Positions 26,901-39,121 of a stretch of DNA of 64,000 nucleotides are shown here, piece by piece. This DNA comes from Nemertoderma westbladi (lineage: Eukaryota > Animalia > Xenacoelomorpha). Each line of letters begins with the position of its first letter. Position 1 is the first letter of the stretch. Location of the stretch: contig JAUCBJ010000225.1 in NCBI GenBank assembly GCA_032718475.1, positions 1-64,000 on the forward strand, given 5' to 3'. Under the pieces are notes generated by a model that saw only the letters and a program-made list of their open reading frames with translations, did not search any database and was not told the origin of the DNA. The position numbers and the translations under genes are program-made.

Positions 26901-26997
26901 ACCGCGCTTTGACCAAGCTCAGCCTAAGAGACTCAGCTGCAGAGAAGTTGGATAGCGCTGGATTCGCCATTTTCCAAGAGATTTGTATATCGAACTT
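23936..26997 (+). pseudogene. Extra ORF2 of B, 5' part: Zn-finger motif plus DEDDy (WRN/RNase D-like) 3'-5' exonuclease domain; interrupted by element C
   Basis: ORFs 23936 and 24767 share a frame with a single TGA (24593-24595) between them; motifs VVTYDNE, LPQPVLEMLFNERILKIGSAVYGD, FVDTQLIA, SIGHLAFQEYG, PLRPSLAIYTIFE. Confidence 0.75.
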
Positions 26998-28247
26998 TGT
27001 AAAAGCTTCTGTGGGATATAACTGGCCCCTTTGCTTCGCAATCCAGTTTCCCCCCAGGCGCTGGAATACTCTAAAAAGGTTCTCTAACTGTATATATATT
27101 CCCCTCGCCCGCAAGGTACCATTACAGGTGTTTTGACGGACATAAAAGTCATTCTGCTATATACGTGTTTTGGCGGACATGGTAAGGCAAAAAACCTGCA
27201 ATGCACCAACTACCTTTCACAGCTTAGCCGTGATGATTCATATTACGACATCTAACAGCTGGTTGCTGACATGGAAACAGCCATTGGACGCATGGTTCTT
27301 TGTTTGGCTTGAGCCAATCAGAGCGATTTTTCCTGTCGACGTGTAGCTTTTCGGCCGATCATAAGGAGAGTGTTCAGTCTTACTGTTTTTACTTGATACT
27401 TTGTTGTTATTGCTGTCTAAGCCAGAAACACCGGCTCTAGAGTTAGTTCTTTTCATACTTTGGAAGAAACATTAGTAGGCTTAAGATTATAGAGCGTATA
27501 ACTGTTATCGGTCCATATCAGTGCATATCACTGTACATATCGGTTCATATCATATCTTAACCTACCGTCTTAATAGTTTGCTGTTGTTTGGTTGAATATT
27601 ATTTGGAGAACATTTATAAAGAACCCAAATTTCCCAATTTTCTTGATACACTACAGGTTAGAGAGGCGGGTTATATATATAGCGATTGCGACTTATATTA
27701 TTGTGGTGTGTATTGAATTTAATGCTATTTGATAAGCCCTACATGAGTCCGTGGCTATTCTCTTTATATATGATAAAATTCATTGACGGTAGGCAAATTA
27801 GTGAGCAGTGTTGTGTGTTACCGGTAGTGTGCATGATTGTGGCTGATAACTAAGCATTTCCTAAAGAATGCACCTCATACGTGAATCATAAGCCTTACCG
27901 ACTTACCGTTGTGATTAGTATAAGTCATATCTCTGTTTACTTAGATAGAGCGCCACGTCCTAAAGGAACTGTTAATATTTCCCGAAAGTGAATAATATTA
28001 GTCAGAAATTATTTATTAACGATCAATCGAATAATACAGTAGGCTTCACTGCAATAATAATCTAAGACCTCAGAATCCAGTCTCCCGGGAATATCCAGCG
28101 GGTGAATGGACGCGCACTAGGCTGGCTTCTGCTAATGTTGTGTTTATTGGTATTAAATATTTGTCATCTTCTAAAGTATATTGATAAACCAAAAGACATA
28201 TAAATTTTGGCAGGTTAAACTGCTAAAGGTCTTCAAAAGCGCGTACA
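26998..28247 (+). repeat. 5' LTR of element C
   Basis: Direct repeat of 37867-39116; followed by ATAACAGTTAT (28248-28258), complementary to 27498-27508. Confidence 0.96.
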
Positions 28248-30512
28248 ATAACAGTTATTGACTTTATTGCAGTAAGCAATAAAGTTGAAAGTACCGATCG
28301 ACCGGTAAACCTGAACCGGTACTTCTGTAGGTCAGTAGGCCCAACTGCCAGAACCGGTACTGCTGTAGGTCCGTAGGTCCAACTGCCAGAACCGGCACTT
28401 CTGTAGGTCAGTAGGCCCAACTGTCCTAACCGGTACTTCCAGTATAAGTACATTAGTATTATTCGATTTTGATTATAGTATACCGGTAGGTCTTAGTATT
28501 TAATCAGGGAACGGCCGCCCTGGTTTTTACTGAGATTTTACTTATTTCTGTCGGTTTTATTTCCTAGTAAGTAAATATTGAGCTGGAGACGTGTAAGTCT
28601 GCTCAGATTGTTCAGATAACTGTAGGCCAGACTGTTGTCGGATTGTTGTTGGGTTTGGAGAGATTACGGCGTGTGTGGAGTTTGTCCGATAGAGTGCCAG
28701 TTAGTAAGTTGGGGCAACTTGAGTGTAAGGTCAACCCCCTCTTAAAGAATAAGTCGTACTACCGTGTTAGAACGCATACTAACTAACAATTTTGGAATCT
28801 GCACATACTGTAGTTTATTTAGGCTTGACAGTATTCTGCCAGCGTTTTGGCTTGTGTTTGTTTGTGTGGTCTGTCCAGGTACCGTAATAGTTATTACTCA
28901 GATATTTTGTAGGCTGGATTGTTGTCTAGCTATTATTAGGTCTGAAGAGATTACTGCGTGTGTAGAGTTTGTCTGATAAAGTGCCAGTTAGTAAGTTGGG
29001 GCAGTCATAACTGTAAGGTCAATCCCCTCTTAAAGAATAAGTCGTACTACCGTGTTAGAACGCATACTAACTAACCGTTTTGGAATCTGCACATACAGTG
29101 GTTTATTTAGGCTTGGTGGTAGTCTGCCAGCGTTTGGTTTGTATTTTGTTTGAGTATTCTGTACGGGTAGCGTAATATTTATTATTCAGAGTTTATGCGA
29201 TTATTCGCAACATTCATGTCCCCAAGTTTATTCCTACAGTAATTGTGTTTGTTATACATACCGTTATAGTTAAATTAACCCCGGTACTACACGGGCTGCT
29301 TGGCGTAGGTAAAGACTGGTGACTTTGTGCTTCGGTCACTCCAGCAGATGCCGTGGTTCTTTTAACTGTTCAAGTATATTTAACTGCTGATTATTTGTTA
29401 TACCAGTACTTGTACCTAATTTAGGGTTTAGTGTACAGTGCTTTCCGAAGTAATTAGTGTGTAGGCAGTATATTTGTGTTGTAAAGTGGTTAATAGGCAC
29501 GCTGGATCTGGTAGTCCGCGGTAATTAACTTCTAGGTAGGAACAATCCGTGATACATAACATAGTACCTATAGCGATACGGTTATAGGTCGTCAGGCGGT
29601 GGTATTTTCCTATCTGGACAACGCAGTGTATTTACTACTACTTATTATTTTCAAATACCGTAGTACCCTGTCCGTTGTAATAACCAGGATTCTAACCCTT
29701 TGTTAGGCTGGTTTGTAGACTTCCTGTAAAATTACCCTAAAAATTTCGTACGTAATATTTTTGTTGTGTTTAATTAGAGATTTAATCTCACCCGTATCGT
29801 AAGTAATTTGTAGTATTAAGTAACTTAGGTAAATTAGAATTATCTGTTTTAGTGTCCAATAAATAGCACTTCACTGAGAGCGCACAGCTTCTGTGTAGTG
29901 ACTCCCCCAGAAATAATAACATTTATTTCAAATATTGACAAAAACCCTTTTTAAACGGGTATATATATATTATAAATCAACTCAAACGATTTATAAATAG
30001 TAGGCCTGTCATACAACAACTAGGTCTCCATATCAGTTGGACTACTGCTTAAATAACGGTAATAAAGTAAGTTAAAGTAACCAAGTAACCCTAAAATATT
30101 CAGAAATTCAATTATTCTAAAATAATTGACATACCGGTATTTACCATAGGCTTATTAGATTTATTTCTATAAATTTGAGCTGAAATCATACCGGTACTCT
30201 GTAATTAATTCTAGTCCAAAATTATACTGATATACTATAAGTGTAAGCTGCATACCGGTATTCACGATAGGCCTATTATATATTTATATATATTTGTGCT
30301 AAAATTATATACCGGTACTCTGTGACAAATCTAGTCTGTAATAATACTTATATATATATTATAAGCATACCGGTATTCTAATATATTATATATATATCAC
30401 GCTACACTGAGTAGCAGTATCGGTAATTAATTATTAGGCTAACAGTGATACTGAATTACTAGACTTGCTTTAACTGTAATATAGCAGTAGACATTCAACT
30501 GTACAATCAAAC

Positions 30513-33500
30513 ATGGCTGACACAAGGCAAACTCTGTCAGATAGTCTCCTAGAAACAACAGCCTGTTTCTCAGATCAAAGTGTAGAGAATCCCAGACCGA
30601 GGTCTGAAACCCCTCATACTGTAAGAAGGGCAACCCCTGCAGTGGTTGTGTCAGAACCTAGGTTGGTAGAAAAGTTTTCGCAATTTGCGAAGTTAGTGAA
30701 GCGCCGTTGGTCTGTCATAGGCACTCGGGCCCAAGTCAAGCGGGATCAAGAAGAAGCTATAAAACAGCAGCAACCTCCTAGCCAAGAACCTGGTTCTCAG
30801 CGGCCCGATAGCTCCAGTAGTTCGGATACTGTTGAGCGGACGCCAGAACGCGGAGCGAAGATGGCGGATACGGTTTATGATGAGCGGCCAACCTATGAAG
30901 AATCAACCGACGCCACTTCTTCTCAAGTGGAAAGTGAGGTGGAAAGCGAAGTGGAAAGTGAGGTGGAAAGCGAAGTGGAAAGTGAGGTGGAAAGCGAAGT
31001 GGAAAGCGAGGTGGAAAGCGAAGTGGAAAGCGAATTAACAGCAGCAGAGAAGCCGCGAACTAGAGACGCCATTGACATCTATCTGTCAGACTATCAGCGA
31101 TTCATAGGAGACGAAGAGTTGAGGAGACGACTGTCTGGACTTCGCCCTAATAGTGAAGGAACCAAGCTTGTGTTGGACGCAATCGATGCGGAAATGTTAG
31201 CTGCAAACCAAGCTGAATTTGATGAAAAACTCCGCCTCGTTAGAGTCCAAGAAGAACAAGTAAAGAAAAAACTGATAGAGGACCGAAAGGCAGCAGCAGT
31301 AGCAGCGGCTACGGCAGAAGCCGAAGCAGAAATACAAAGAAAGGCAGCGGCGGCAGAAGCAAAGGCGGCCATGGCAGAAGCAGAAGCAAGGGCGAAAAAG
31401 GCAGTAGCAGAAGCAGAACGAAGAGCGTCTGAGCAGACTACCCAACTGGAGTTGGAGAAGCTGCAAGAGACGCAAGACAACATAAATAAACAGTTAACTG
31501 CTAGTCACATGCAAATGATGAGAAAATCTACTCCCAAACGCCAGGGCTATACTTCATCGGAGGAAAGCGAAACCACCGATCCTGAAGGCGGAGGAAATAG
31601 ATCTCGTCTAAGCAGGCATAGAAAAACATCTTACCGTCACAAATTGCCTGATTTGCCCCCAGCTGTTAAAAGACAACTAACTAGCACAGACTTAGGTAGT
31701 GCAGAACCCATAGAACAATTTATCCAGGTCAAAAGACTCCCTACTATAGTCGATGAACCTGAAATAATTAGGCCTGTCGTTCCCAAAGTCACTCCTGTGC
31801 TAGAGACCCCTGCACTTCCAGAGCTTAACTCTAAATTCCCTTTACATAGTACTACACTGCCTGTACCCGGTGGAACAGTCCATGCAAATACCCCTGTCCT
31901 GAGCATTGAGAGAGGAATCAAAGATTTGTCTCCCGTCGTCCCGCGTCAACCCGCTACAATGTTGGCGACTCCCGCTTCGGCGGTTGAGTGGGTAGAAGAG
32001 GGACGGCGGGGGATGAATCTCCTGCTAGGACAGATGCAGGAGACTGTCCACCAACTTAAGGGAACAGTGAGGGAAGGTAGAGCAGAGTTGCAAGAAGTGC
32101 AGCAAAGTATCGCACTAGAACGCGACAAATTAGTCAATATCCAAAAGGGCATACCAATACCCCCTGTAACATTGTGTCAACCTGCTAGGTCTGAAGTATT
32201 ACATGCGCAAGGTGTGGAGCCTACACGCATCTATACTGCTAGTGAAGTAGAAACTCCTATAGCAAACCCTATTAAGGGTGATTATAGACCTGTTATTAAT
32301 GATATTCCCTATAGACCTGATAATGATCCGAGAAATTTATATACCGATAATTCGATATTAAATAACACGATGGCCCAAGAAAGCTTTACGCGTCAGATGG
32401 CTAGAACAGAAGCCCGCCAAGCGGTCAAAGTGGGAGAGATCGTCAAATTCAATGGAGATGAGATGAAATGGTTACCTTTCAACGAATATTACAAAGATAG
32501 CATACAGAACTCTGTACTATCTAACGGAGAGAAACTTAGATTCCTCATCAAGTGCTTGGAAGGACCTCCCAAGTTAATGGCGTTAAAGTTTATTGGACAT
32601 CCAGATGGATTAAGACAAGTTTGGGATACATTAAACATCAGGTATGGTAACAAGGATAACATAGCTAAGTATTTGTATGCAAAATTAGTAGCCCCCCGAC
32701 ACTTCCTTAGTAGCGGGATTATAGAGTTTTCCGATGAAATTCAAGAGATCTGTAGACAATTGGACTGGTTAGGTAAGTCTCATGAATATCAGAGTTCCAT
32801 GGTTATTGCAGCAGTAGTATCTACTTTACCTAAGGGTGGAGTATGTACACGCTGGGACAAGAAAGTGTTGTACATGAATGAACAACAACGACGAAGCCCT
32901 ACCATGACTGATCTCATGTCCTTCTTAGATAGCGAAGTAAAATTACAACTTATAAAGCAGTCCAGAGAGAAAACATCGGAAAATAAGGTAAGTGAGAAAC
33001 CCGTTTCTAGGAGAAGGATAATACCAGTGTGTTATACTGACGACGGCGAAAGCCAAGCTTCTCAAGAAGAGGACAGCGGGAAAGACACAGCAAAATCTTA
33101 CTATGACAACAAGACCTATAAAGACGTAAGTAAATACAAGTCTCGAACCAGTGACAGGAGAGAACAGATAACAATAACTCCTCCTACGTCTCCTAAGAGA
33201 ATTCACGGAAGAAAGCCCGAAGAAAGAACGAGGGTGCATAATGTTACCCAAGGTAAGGTGAGTAACATCAAAACAAAATGTGCGCTGTGCGACGGGCCCC
33301 ACCGTTTGAGTGCGTGTGCTGAATTTCTAAAGAAATCCCTTGTAGACAGACGTACAGTCCTGTGGAATAAGCGGTTATGCTATAATTGCCTCAGATCAGG
33401 ACACCAACGGCGAACCTGTTACTCCGACGTAAAGTGTGCAAAGTGTGGCGCGAAACATCACATCTTGTTACACAGTGAGTTCGAACGAAACAACCAGAGT

Positions 33501-34712
33501 CAGGTAAGTGAGCCCGAACTACATGTCCAATTCAGTGATGTAAATGACACTGATCAAGAATCTGAGATGGAAGGATTCTATACTGACGAATTCTCCGACG
33601 TCAACGAATCCTGTTACCTAATCAATACCGCGGTGTATCGAGCACTTACGCATGAAAAGGACACCGACAATGAGTTCCCCCCAACTACCTTTGACAGACA
33701 ACCATCTTGGAAACCTCCAACTTCCAACGTAGGAATCAGAGAATTTCCTGTAGTGCAGGTAAGAGTTCACGGTCCCAACAAAAGTTACATAGTGAACGCC
33801 CTCCTTGACTCCGGCAGCACAGGAACATTCATCGATCAAGAACTAGCCGAAGATATCTTTGCTGGACAACCCAAATTCCAAACTAAGTTGAATATGTCCG
33901 GAATTATACAGGTTTGGAAATCTACCATAACGGCAGATTACTATGTAGGTGCGTTGTCCACCCCCCAGGATAAATTAGGAGCACAAAGTATAAGGTCAGT
34001 AAAAATGGTGGCTATAAAGAACTTCGCTACTACCCAAGCAGACCTTTATAATTGGGACGAGGATGAGAGCATCCAACATCTTAAGATACCTCGATTCCAG
34101 ACAGATTATCCTGGAGTGCAAATACTCATCGGCCAAAACGCGCATGAGGCGCTCGAGACATTGGAGAAACGACCTGCTCAACCGCAGCCACTACAAACCT
34201 ATGCGGTAAGAACTAGAGTAGGTTGGTACTTCACTGGCCCTTCCCGTAGAACTCTCAAAGAGAGACTACCTCAACAACAGGTATACCAAGTAAAGGAATG
34301 GGAAGTGGAGAGCAGTGATGTGGACGATCCAACTGAGGGAACACCATACTCCTCAGCTAATGACGATATTAACTCCAATGTAGATCAATGGAGACATTGC
34401 CTTGGGACGATTAATCCAGCCGACATCGCTTCCAGAGGAGCAACTCCTCAAGAACTAATAGATACTCCAGGCTGGTTAGGTGGATCCGACTTCTTAAGTA
34501 AAGAAGAAGAAGAATGGCCTCCTCATCTTACCACGGCGGAGTTTAGACAGGCCAAGGGAGCGGAGAAAGTAACACAACAACTCAATCGCCCAGCTAGTCG
34601 TTTATGTTTACTGGAAAGAGACCGAAAACTGTCCGGAAACTATGGAAGGCAAGATACTCTTCCTACGACCACTTCCCTAATCCGACAAATATCTAGGGAC
34701 TCCATAACGTAA
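30513..34712 (+). CDS. Gag-protease polyprotein of C, 1399 aa; RT/RNase H and integrase deleted in frame
   Basis: Uninterrupted ORF; knuckles and LLDSGS present; junctions SSANDDIN|SNVDQWRH and GAEKVT|QQLNRP relative to B. Confidence 0.93.
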   Translation: MADTRQTLSDSLLETTACFSDQSVENPRPRSETPHTVRRATPAVVVSEPRLVEKFSQFAKLVKRRWSVIGTRAQVKRDQEEAIKQQQPPSQEPGSQRPDSSSSSDTVERTPERGAKMADTVYDERPTYEESTDATSSQVESEVESEVESEVESEVESEVESEVESEVESEVESELTAAEKPRTRDAIDIYLSDYQRFIGDEELRRRLSGLRPNSEGTKLVLDAIDAEMLAANQAEFDEKLRLVRVQEEQVKKKLIEDRKAAAVAAATAEAEAEIQRKAAAAEAKAAMAEAEARAKKAVAEAERRASEQTTQLELEKLQETQDNINKQLTASHMQMMRKSTPKRQGYTSSEESETTDPEGGGNRSRLSRHRKTSYRHKLPDLPPAVKRQLTSTDLGSAEPIEQFIQVKRLPTIVDEPEIIRPVVPKVTPVLETPALPELNSKFPLHSTTLPVPGGTVHANTPVLSIERGIKDLSPVVPRQPATMLATPASAVEWVEEGRRGMNLLLGQMQETVHQLKGTVREGRAELQEVQQSIALERDKLVNIQKGIPIPPVTLCQPARSEVLHAQGVEPTRIYTASEVETPIANPIKGDYRPVINDIPYRPDNDPRNLYTDNSILNNTMAQESFTRQMARTEARQAVKVGEIVKFNGDEMKWLPFNEYYKDSIQNSVLSNGEKLRFLIKCLEGPPKLMALKFIGHPDGLRQVWDTLNIRYGNKDNIAKYLYAKLVAPRHFLSSGIIEFSDEIQEICRQLDWLGKSHEYQSSMVIAAVVSTLPKGGVCTRWDKKVLYMNEQQRRSPTMTDLMSFLDSEVKLQLIKQSREKTSENKVSEKPVSRRRIIPVCYTDDGESQASQEEDSGKDTAKSYYDNKTYKDVSKYKSRTSDRREQITITPPTSPKRIHGRKPEERTRVHNVTQGKVSNIKTKCALCDGPHRLSACAEFLKKSLVDRRTVLWNKRLCYNCLRSGHQRRTCYSDVKCAKCGAKHHILLHSEFERNNQSQVSEPELHVQFSDVNDTDQESEMEGFYTDEFSDVNESCYLINTAVYRALTHEKDTDNEFPPTTFDRQPSWKPPTSNVGIREFPVVQVRVHGPNKSYIVNALLDSGSTGTFIDQELAEDIFAGQPKFQTKLNMSGIIQVWKSTITADYYVGALSTPQDKLGAQSIRSVKMVAIKNFATTQADLYNWDEDESIQHLKIPRFQTDYPGVQILIGQNAHEALETLEKRPAQPQPLQTYAVRTRVGWYFTGPSRRTLKERLPQQQVYQVKEWEVESSDVDDPTEGTPYSSANDDINSNVDQWRHCLGTINPADIASRGATPQELIDTPGWLGGSDFLSKEEEEWPPHLTTAEFRQAKGAEKVTQQLNRPASRLCLLERDRKLSGNYGRQDTLPTTTSLIRQISRDSIT

Positions 34713-36339
34713 TACATATGGAGTGGGCGTGTGACTATATCATTTTATATTTGTTTTATTTTATATTTATGTATGTATTATTATGTAATTTTATTATAAT
34801 CGTTTTCTTTAATTTTATTTAGTAGAATGTTCTTTTAGTGATTATTTAGTAGATTAGTGCAATATATTAGTGTTTATTACGTACGTAATTACTTATAATA
34901 TATATTTAGTGCGATGGCGAGAAATAATTATTTTTTCTCTTTCCTTACTGTCCGTATCATATTATAAATACGTGACTACAGTAAGATGAAATGTCCGTAC
35001 TTATTAAAGTACAATAAAGCCACTGCTATATTCAAGTATTATTGGTAGGCAGAGTATTAGGAATGCAAAGTTCAGATCCTCGTGTCTCGGCTAAACCAAG
35101 CTCTGGGTAGACCTTGGAAACGACTTGCCTCTTCACACTGACATTGCTTCGTGCGATATTGCTCTCATACCATATATAATAATACATATAGTAGCGTGAT
35201 GTCCCTCTAACAGTAGCGTAAAACGCAAATAAATCTGTTAAACCTTTTGACCATCTGTAATTCTAGTCGATTAAGATATCGCGGCACCCACCGATATACT
35301 TGAAAGACAAATTCTAGAATCAGTGGTTAACGTCCCCAGACAAGTTCTGGAATAAATCGGTGCCCATCTTAAATATTAATTTAATATTTATTAAAATCTG
35401 TAAAATTCAGATCCGTTAACAATTCTAGTCGATTAAGATATCGTAGCACTTACCGATACTCTTAAAAGACAAATTTCATAGAATTAAGGATCCTATGTCC
35501 CCAGACCTGCTCTGGAATCAAATTGTGTCAATTTTAACATCAAATAATAAAATTCATGGGAATAAATTTAAATTCATATTTTAAATGAATTTCATAAATT
35601 GTCGTTTTATGCAATTTATAACATCCCCAAAATTCCATTAATTAATAGATCATGGGAGCGGAGATTCATCCTATTGAGTGCATTAGAGTGCGAGAATCTC
35701 CAACATATAGTCAATAGCCGATAAAATTAATAAAATCATATATAAAGAGGATATTGACAATTAAAGAATTATTATTAAATAGCATCCCAGATCTGTATGC
35801 ATGAGAATTACTCTAATTCTACCGCTAGCTTTCCATAATGTCACCATAGCAACACCCACGCTAGAATTAGAAGCAAGTTAAGAGAACAATAGAAAGCTTG
35901 TCACATTGCATAGCATAGAGAATACATAGCACACTGTTAGTATCCAAGGATACACAGTAATAACGTGACATTCTGGAAGGCACTGACTAACGGACAAATG
36001 GCCTGTATGTGTACAATTGGTGACAGTTGTGTGGAATTTGTGCGTTTATAGGTGAATGTTACTGCTAAGGTGTGTTTACAGTAGCTAGTCGCAATTGTGA
36101 AAGTAGCCCAACTCTCCTATAGAAAGAACCTAAAGTGGATTCAAGCCTTTGGGACGGACAGTGGAGTGACTTGTGTCGGTTATCGTTGTCGTACTGTTGC
36201 TACATGTTGGCGTAAACACCGCGACAACGGTACATCGGCGCTGAGGATCCCACTGTCCGTGGGCAAAGAGAGGTAGGCAGCGACGTCCGCTCGCCTAAAC
36301 ATAAACTCATTTCGATATTAACAAACTCAGATAGCAGAT

Positions 36340-36738
36340 ATGACGGAGTTGATAGAAGATGATCTTGGTATCAGGGAGCGATATACTCTACCTTTACAAG
36401 CATTTGTGAATAGCTTGATACGCGGTGAAACCGATCCAACCATTACGGAGGACGATGGTCGTTATATCGAACCGCCGACGTCCCAAGAGCAACTTACGCG
36501 TGAATTGGACTATCGAAAATTCACCGCTCGCTATACGCATTGTAATAATACGTATATGGACCTCCTAACTACTGGCCATCCTATCGATTTACATGATACG
36601 GACGATGTAGACACCAAAAGGGAAATGGTTCTATTTAAATATCATACCCAGCGGCGTCGTAACGATAAACCGAGAATAGATCACGAAAATTCTATTCGTA
36701 ACAGACTGGGAAGACGAACCAATATGCCTAGAATCTGA
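36340..36738 (+). CDS. Internally deleted ORF2 of C (132 aa; N-terminus fused in frame to the last codons of ORF2)
   Basis: Matches B ORF2 up to SIRNRL, then GRRTNMPRI, the same ending as reconstructed B ORF2 (GRRTNMSRI). Confidence 0.7.
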   Translation: MTELIEDDLGIRERYTLPLQAFVNSLIRGETDPTITEDDGRYIEPPTSQEQLTRELDYRKFTARYTHCNNTYMDLLTTGHPIDLHDTDDVDTKREMVLFKYHTQRRRNDKPRIDHENSIRNRLGRRTNMPRI

Positions 36739-36894
36739 GGAGATTCAGCCTATCGCGCTCGGAACAGCGACAACGATTACATCCTAGAATGGTATCAAGG
36801 TCCACAGTGTCTCACTGCGTACGATTATCGCCATGCCAACTATGTTTCTCGGCAACGTTGTCGGTTATGCGCATCGAGAGACCATGTTACGCCC

Positions 36895-37788
36895 ATGGAC
36901 ACAAACGTCCGCTGTTCCTATTTCCACGAACAACCGGCGATGGAAATTTATTGCGCGTATTGCAGATTTAATAATTTGCACGTTTTTGCGGTTTGCCCTC
37001 AATTTATGACTCAATGTCACCATTGTCAACTAAAGGGACACGCCAGTTTCGATTGCCCTTTTAATCACGATTTGGAAAGCGTAGATGAAATGATCACACT
37101 ACGTTACATCAGAGCTTGGGAAGCGAACGCTGATTTACATTGTGATTCGCGCCATCGTTATTATCCCGGACGCGCTTACGAAGGAGTTTATGCGTTCCAT
37201 CCTTATCTATTCGCTTCGGTTGAACAGAAATCACGCATATCAAGTTACGAGCTACTGAAGCGCGTCGGAGAATGTATTTCAACCAAATTCGTACCCAAAT
37301 TTCTCAGGAGTGTTAATCCTAGCGACCTTCATTCCTATAACTTAATCAATCATATCCGTCAGGATCCGGACTATAGAGAATTGTTTGTTAACTCACACCC
37401 TGAGTTACAGGAAGTATATCGACAGCCTTACGAATACCGAGCCCGCGAACGCGAGTTGGAAGGGACCATTAAACCCCGGAGGTTTCTAACTGCCTATGGT
37501 CCACCCACGGCCCTCGTTCAGACCACTCGTAAAGGACCCGTAAGAGCGGCTGTCTTGAAACGAGCTCTCAAAGCCGTTAGACCCCTCTCCCCCAACGTTG
37601 ATGTCAATCAACCCGGTACTTCGACTGGCGGATACACCGACCATAATCCTACACCCTCTGATGCAATCATATTGCACCCTTCACCCAGGAGTTATAGCCC
37701 TCCTTGTAAAGTGGCTCGCCCCAAAGAGAAAAGGACTCTGGCTAGCTTTAAAAAACTGCGTAAATGCCGTCCGCGCAAGAAAGACTAA
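36895..37788 (+). CDS. ORF3 of C: CCHC zinc-knuckle protein with basic C-terminus
   Basis: CAYCRFNNLHVFAVC and CHHCQLKGHASFDC; frame open back to 36739; conserved in B and D. Confidence 0.8.
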   Translation: MDTNVRCSYFHEQPAMEIYCAYCRFNNLHVFAVCPQFMTQCHHCQLKGHASFDCPFNHDLESVDEMITLRYIRAWEANADLHCDSRHRYYPGRAYEGVYAFHPYLFASVEQKSRISSYELLKRVGECISTKFVPKFLRSVNPSDLHSYNLINHIRQDPDYRELFVNSHPELQEVYRQPYEYRARERELEGTIKPRRFLTAYGPPTALVQTTRKGPVRAAVLKRALKAVRPLSPNVDVNQPGTSTGGYTDHNPTPSDAIILHPSPRSYSPPCKVARPKEKRTLASFKKLRKCRPRKKD

Positions 37789-37866
37789 CTGTTTAGAGTA
37801 TTTACGTATATTAGAAACTGTGATTTTTGTATATTTATAGACTCAAATCCCATTTTCTGGGAGCGG

Positions 37867-39116
37867 TGTAAAAGATTCTGTGGGATATAACTGGCCCCTT
37901 TGCTTCGCAATCCAGTTTCCCCCCAGGCGCTGGAATACTCTAAAAAGGTTCTCTAACTGTATATATATTCCCCTCGCCCGCAAGGTACCGTTACAGGTGT
38001 TTTGACGGACATAAAAGTCATTCTGCTATATACGTGTTTTGGTGGACATGGTAAGGCAAAAAACCTGCAATGCACCAACTACCTTTCACAGCTTAGCCGT
38101 GATGATTCATATTACGACATCTAACAGCTGGTTGCTGACATGGAAACAGCCATTGGACGCATGGTTCTTTGTTTGGCTTGAGCCAATCAGAGCGATTTTT
38201 CCTGTCGACGTGTAGCTTTTCGGCCGATCATAAGGAGAGTGTTCAGTCTTACTGTTTTTACTTGATACTTTGTTGTTATTGCTGTCTAAGCCAGAAACAC
38301 CGGCTCTAGAGTTAGTTCTTTTCATACTTTGGAAGAAACATTAGTAGGCTTAAGATTATAGAGCGTATAACTGTTATCGGTCCATATCAGTGCATATCAC
38401 TGTACATATCGGTTCATATCATATCTTAACCTACCGTCTTAATAGTTTGCTGTTGTTTGGTTGAATATTATTTGGAGAACATTTATAAAGAACCCAAATT
38501 TCCCAATTTTCTTGATACACTACAGGTTAGAGAGGCGGGTTATATATATAGCGATTGCGACTTATATTATTGTGGTGTGTATTGAATTTAATGCTATTTG
38601 ATAAGCCCTACATGAGTCCGTGGCTATTCTCTTTATATATGATAAAATTCATTGACGGTAGGCAAATTAGTGAGCAGTGTTGTGTGTTACCGGTAGTGTG
38701 CATGATTGTGGCTGATAACTAAGCATTTCCTAAAGAATGCACCTCATACGTGAATCATAAGCCTTACCGACTTACCGTTGTGATTAGTATAAGTCATATC
38801 TCTGTTTACTTAGATAGAGCGCCACGTCCTAAAGGAACTGTTAATATTTCCCGAAAGTGAATAATATTAGTCAGAAATTATTTATTAACAATCAATCGAA
38901 TAATACAGTAGGCTTCACTGCAATAATAATCTAAGACCTCAGAATCCAGTCTCCCGGGAATATCCAGCGGGTGAATGGACGCGCACTAGGCTGGCTTCTG
39001 CTAATGTTGTGTTTATTGGTATTAAATATTTGTCATCTTCTAAAGTATATTGATAAACCAAAAGACATATAAATTTTGGCAGGTTAAACTGCTAAAGGTC
39101 TTCAAAAGCGCGTACA
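37867..39116 (+). repeat. 3' LTR of element C
   Basis: Preceded by the short purine tract GGGAGCGG; followed by TSD AACTT. Confidence 0.96.
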
Positions 39117-39121
39117 AACTT

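Larger units (their letters stand above)
26998..39116 (+). mobile_element. BEL/Pao element C (non-autonomous, 12.1 kb) nested in ORF2 of B
   Basis: LTRs 26998-28247 and 37867-39116 (1250 bp, nearly identical); TG...CA; TSD AACTT at 26993-26997 and 39117-39121. Confidence 0.97.

Noticed and set aside
23936-27136. ORF2 as an envelope gene; 789-aa ORF ending at 27136
   Set aside because: No signal peptide, transmembrane segment or Cys-rich ectodomain; the last ~46 codons of the called ORF are read-through into C's LTR.
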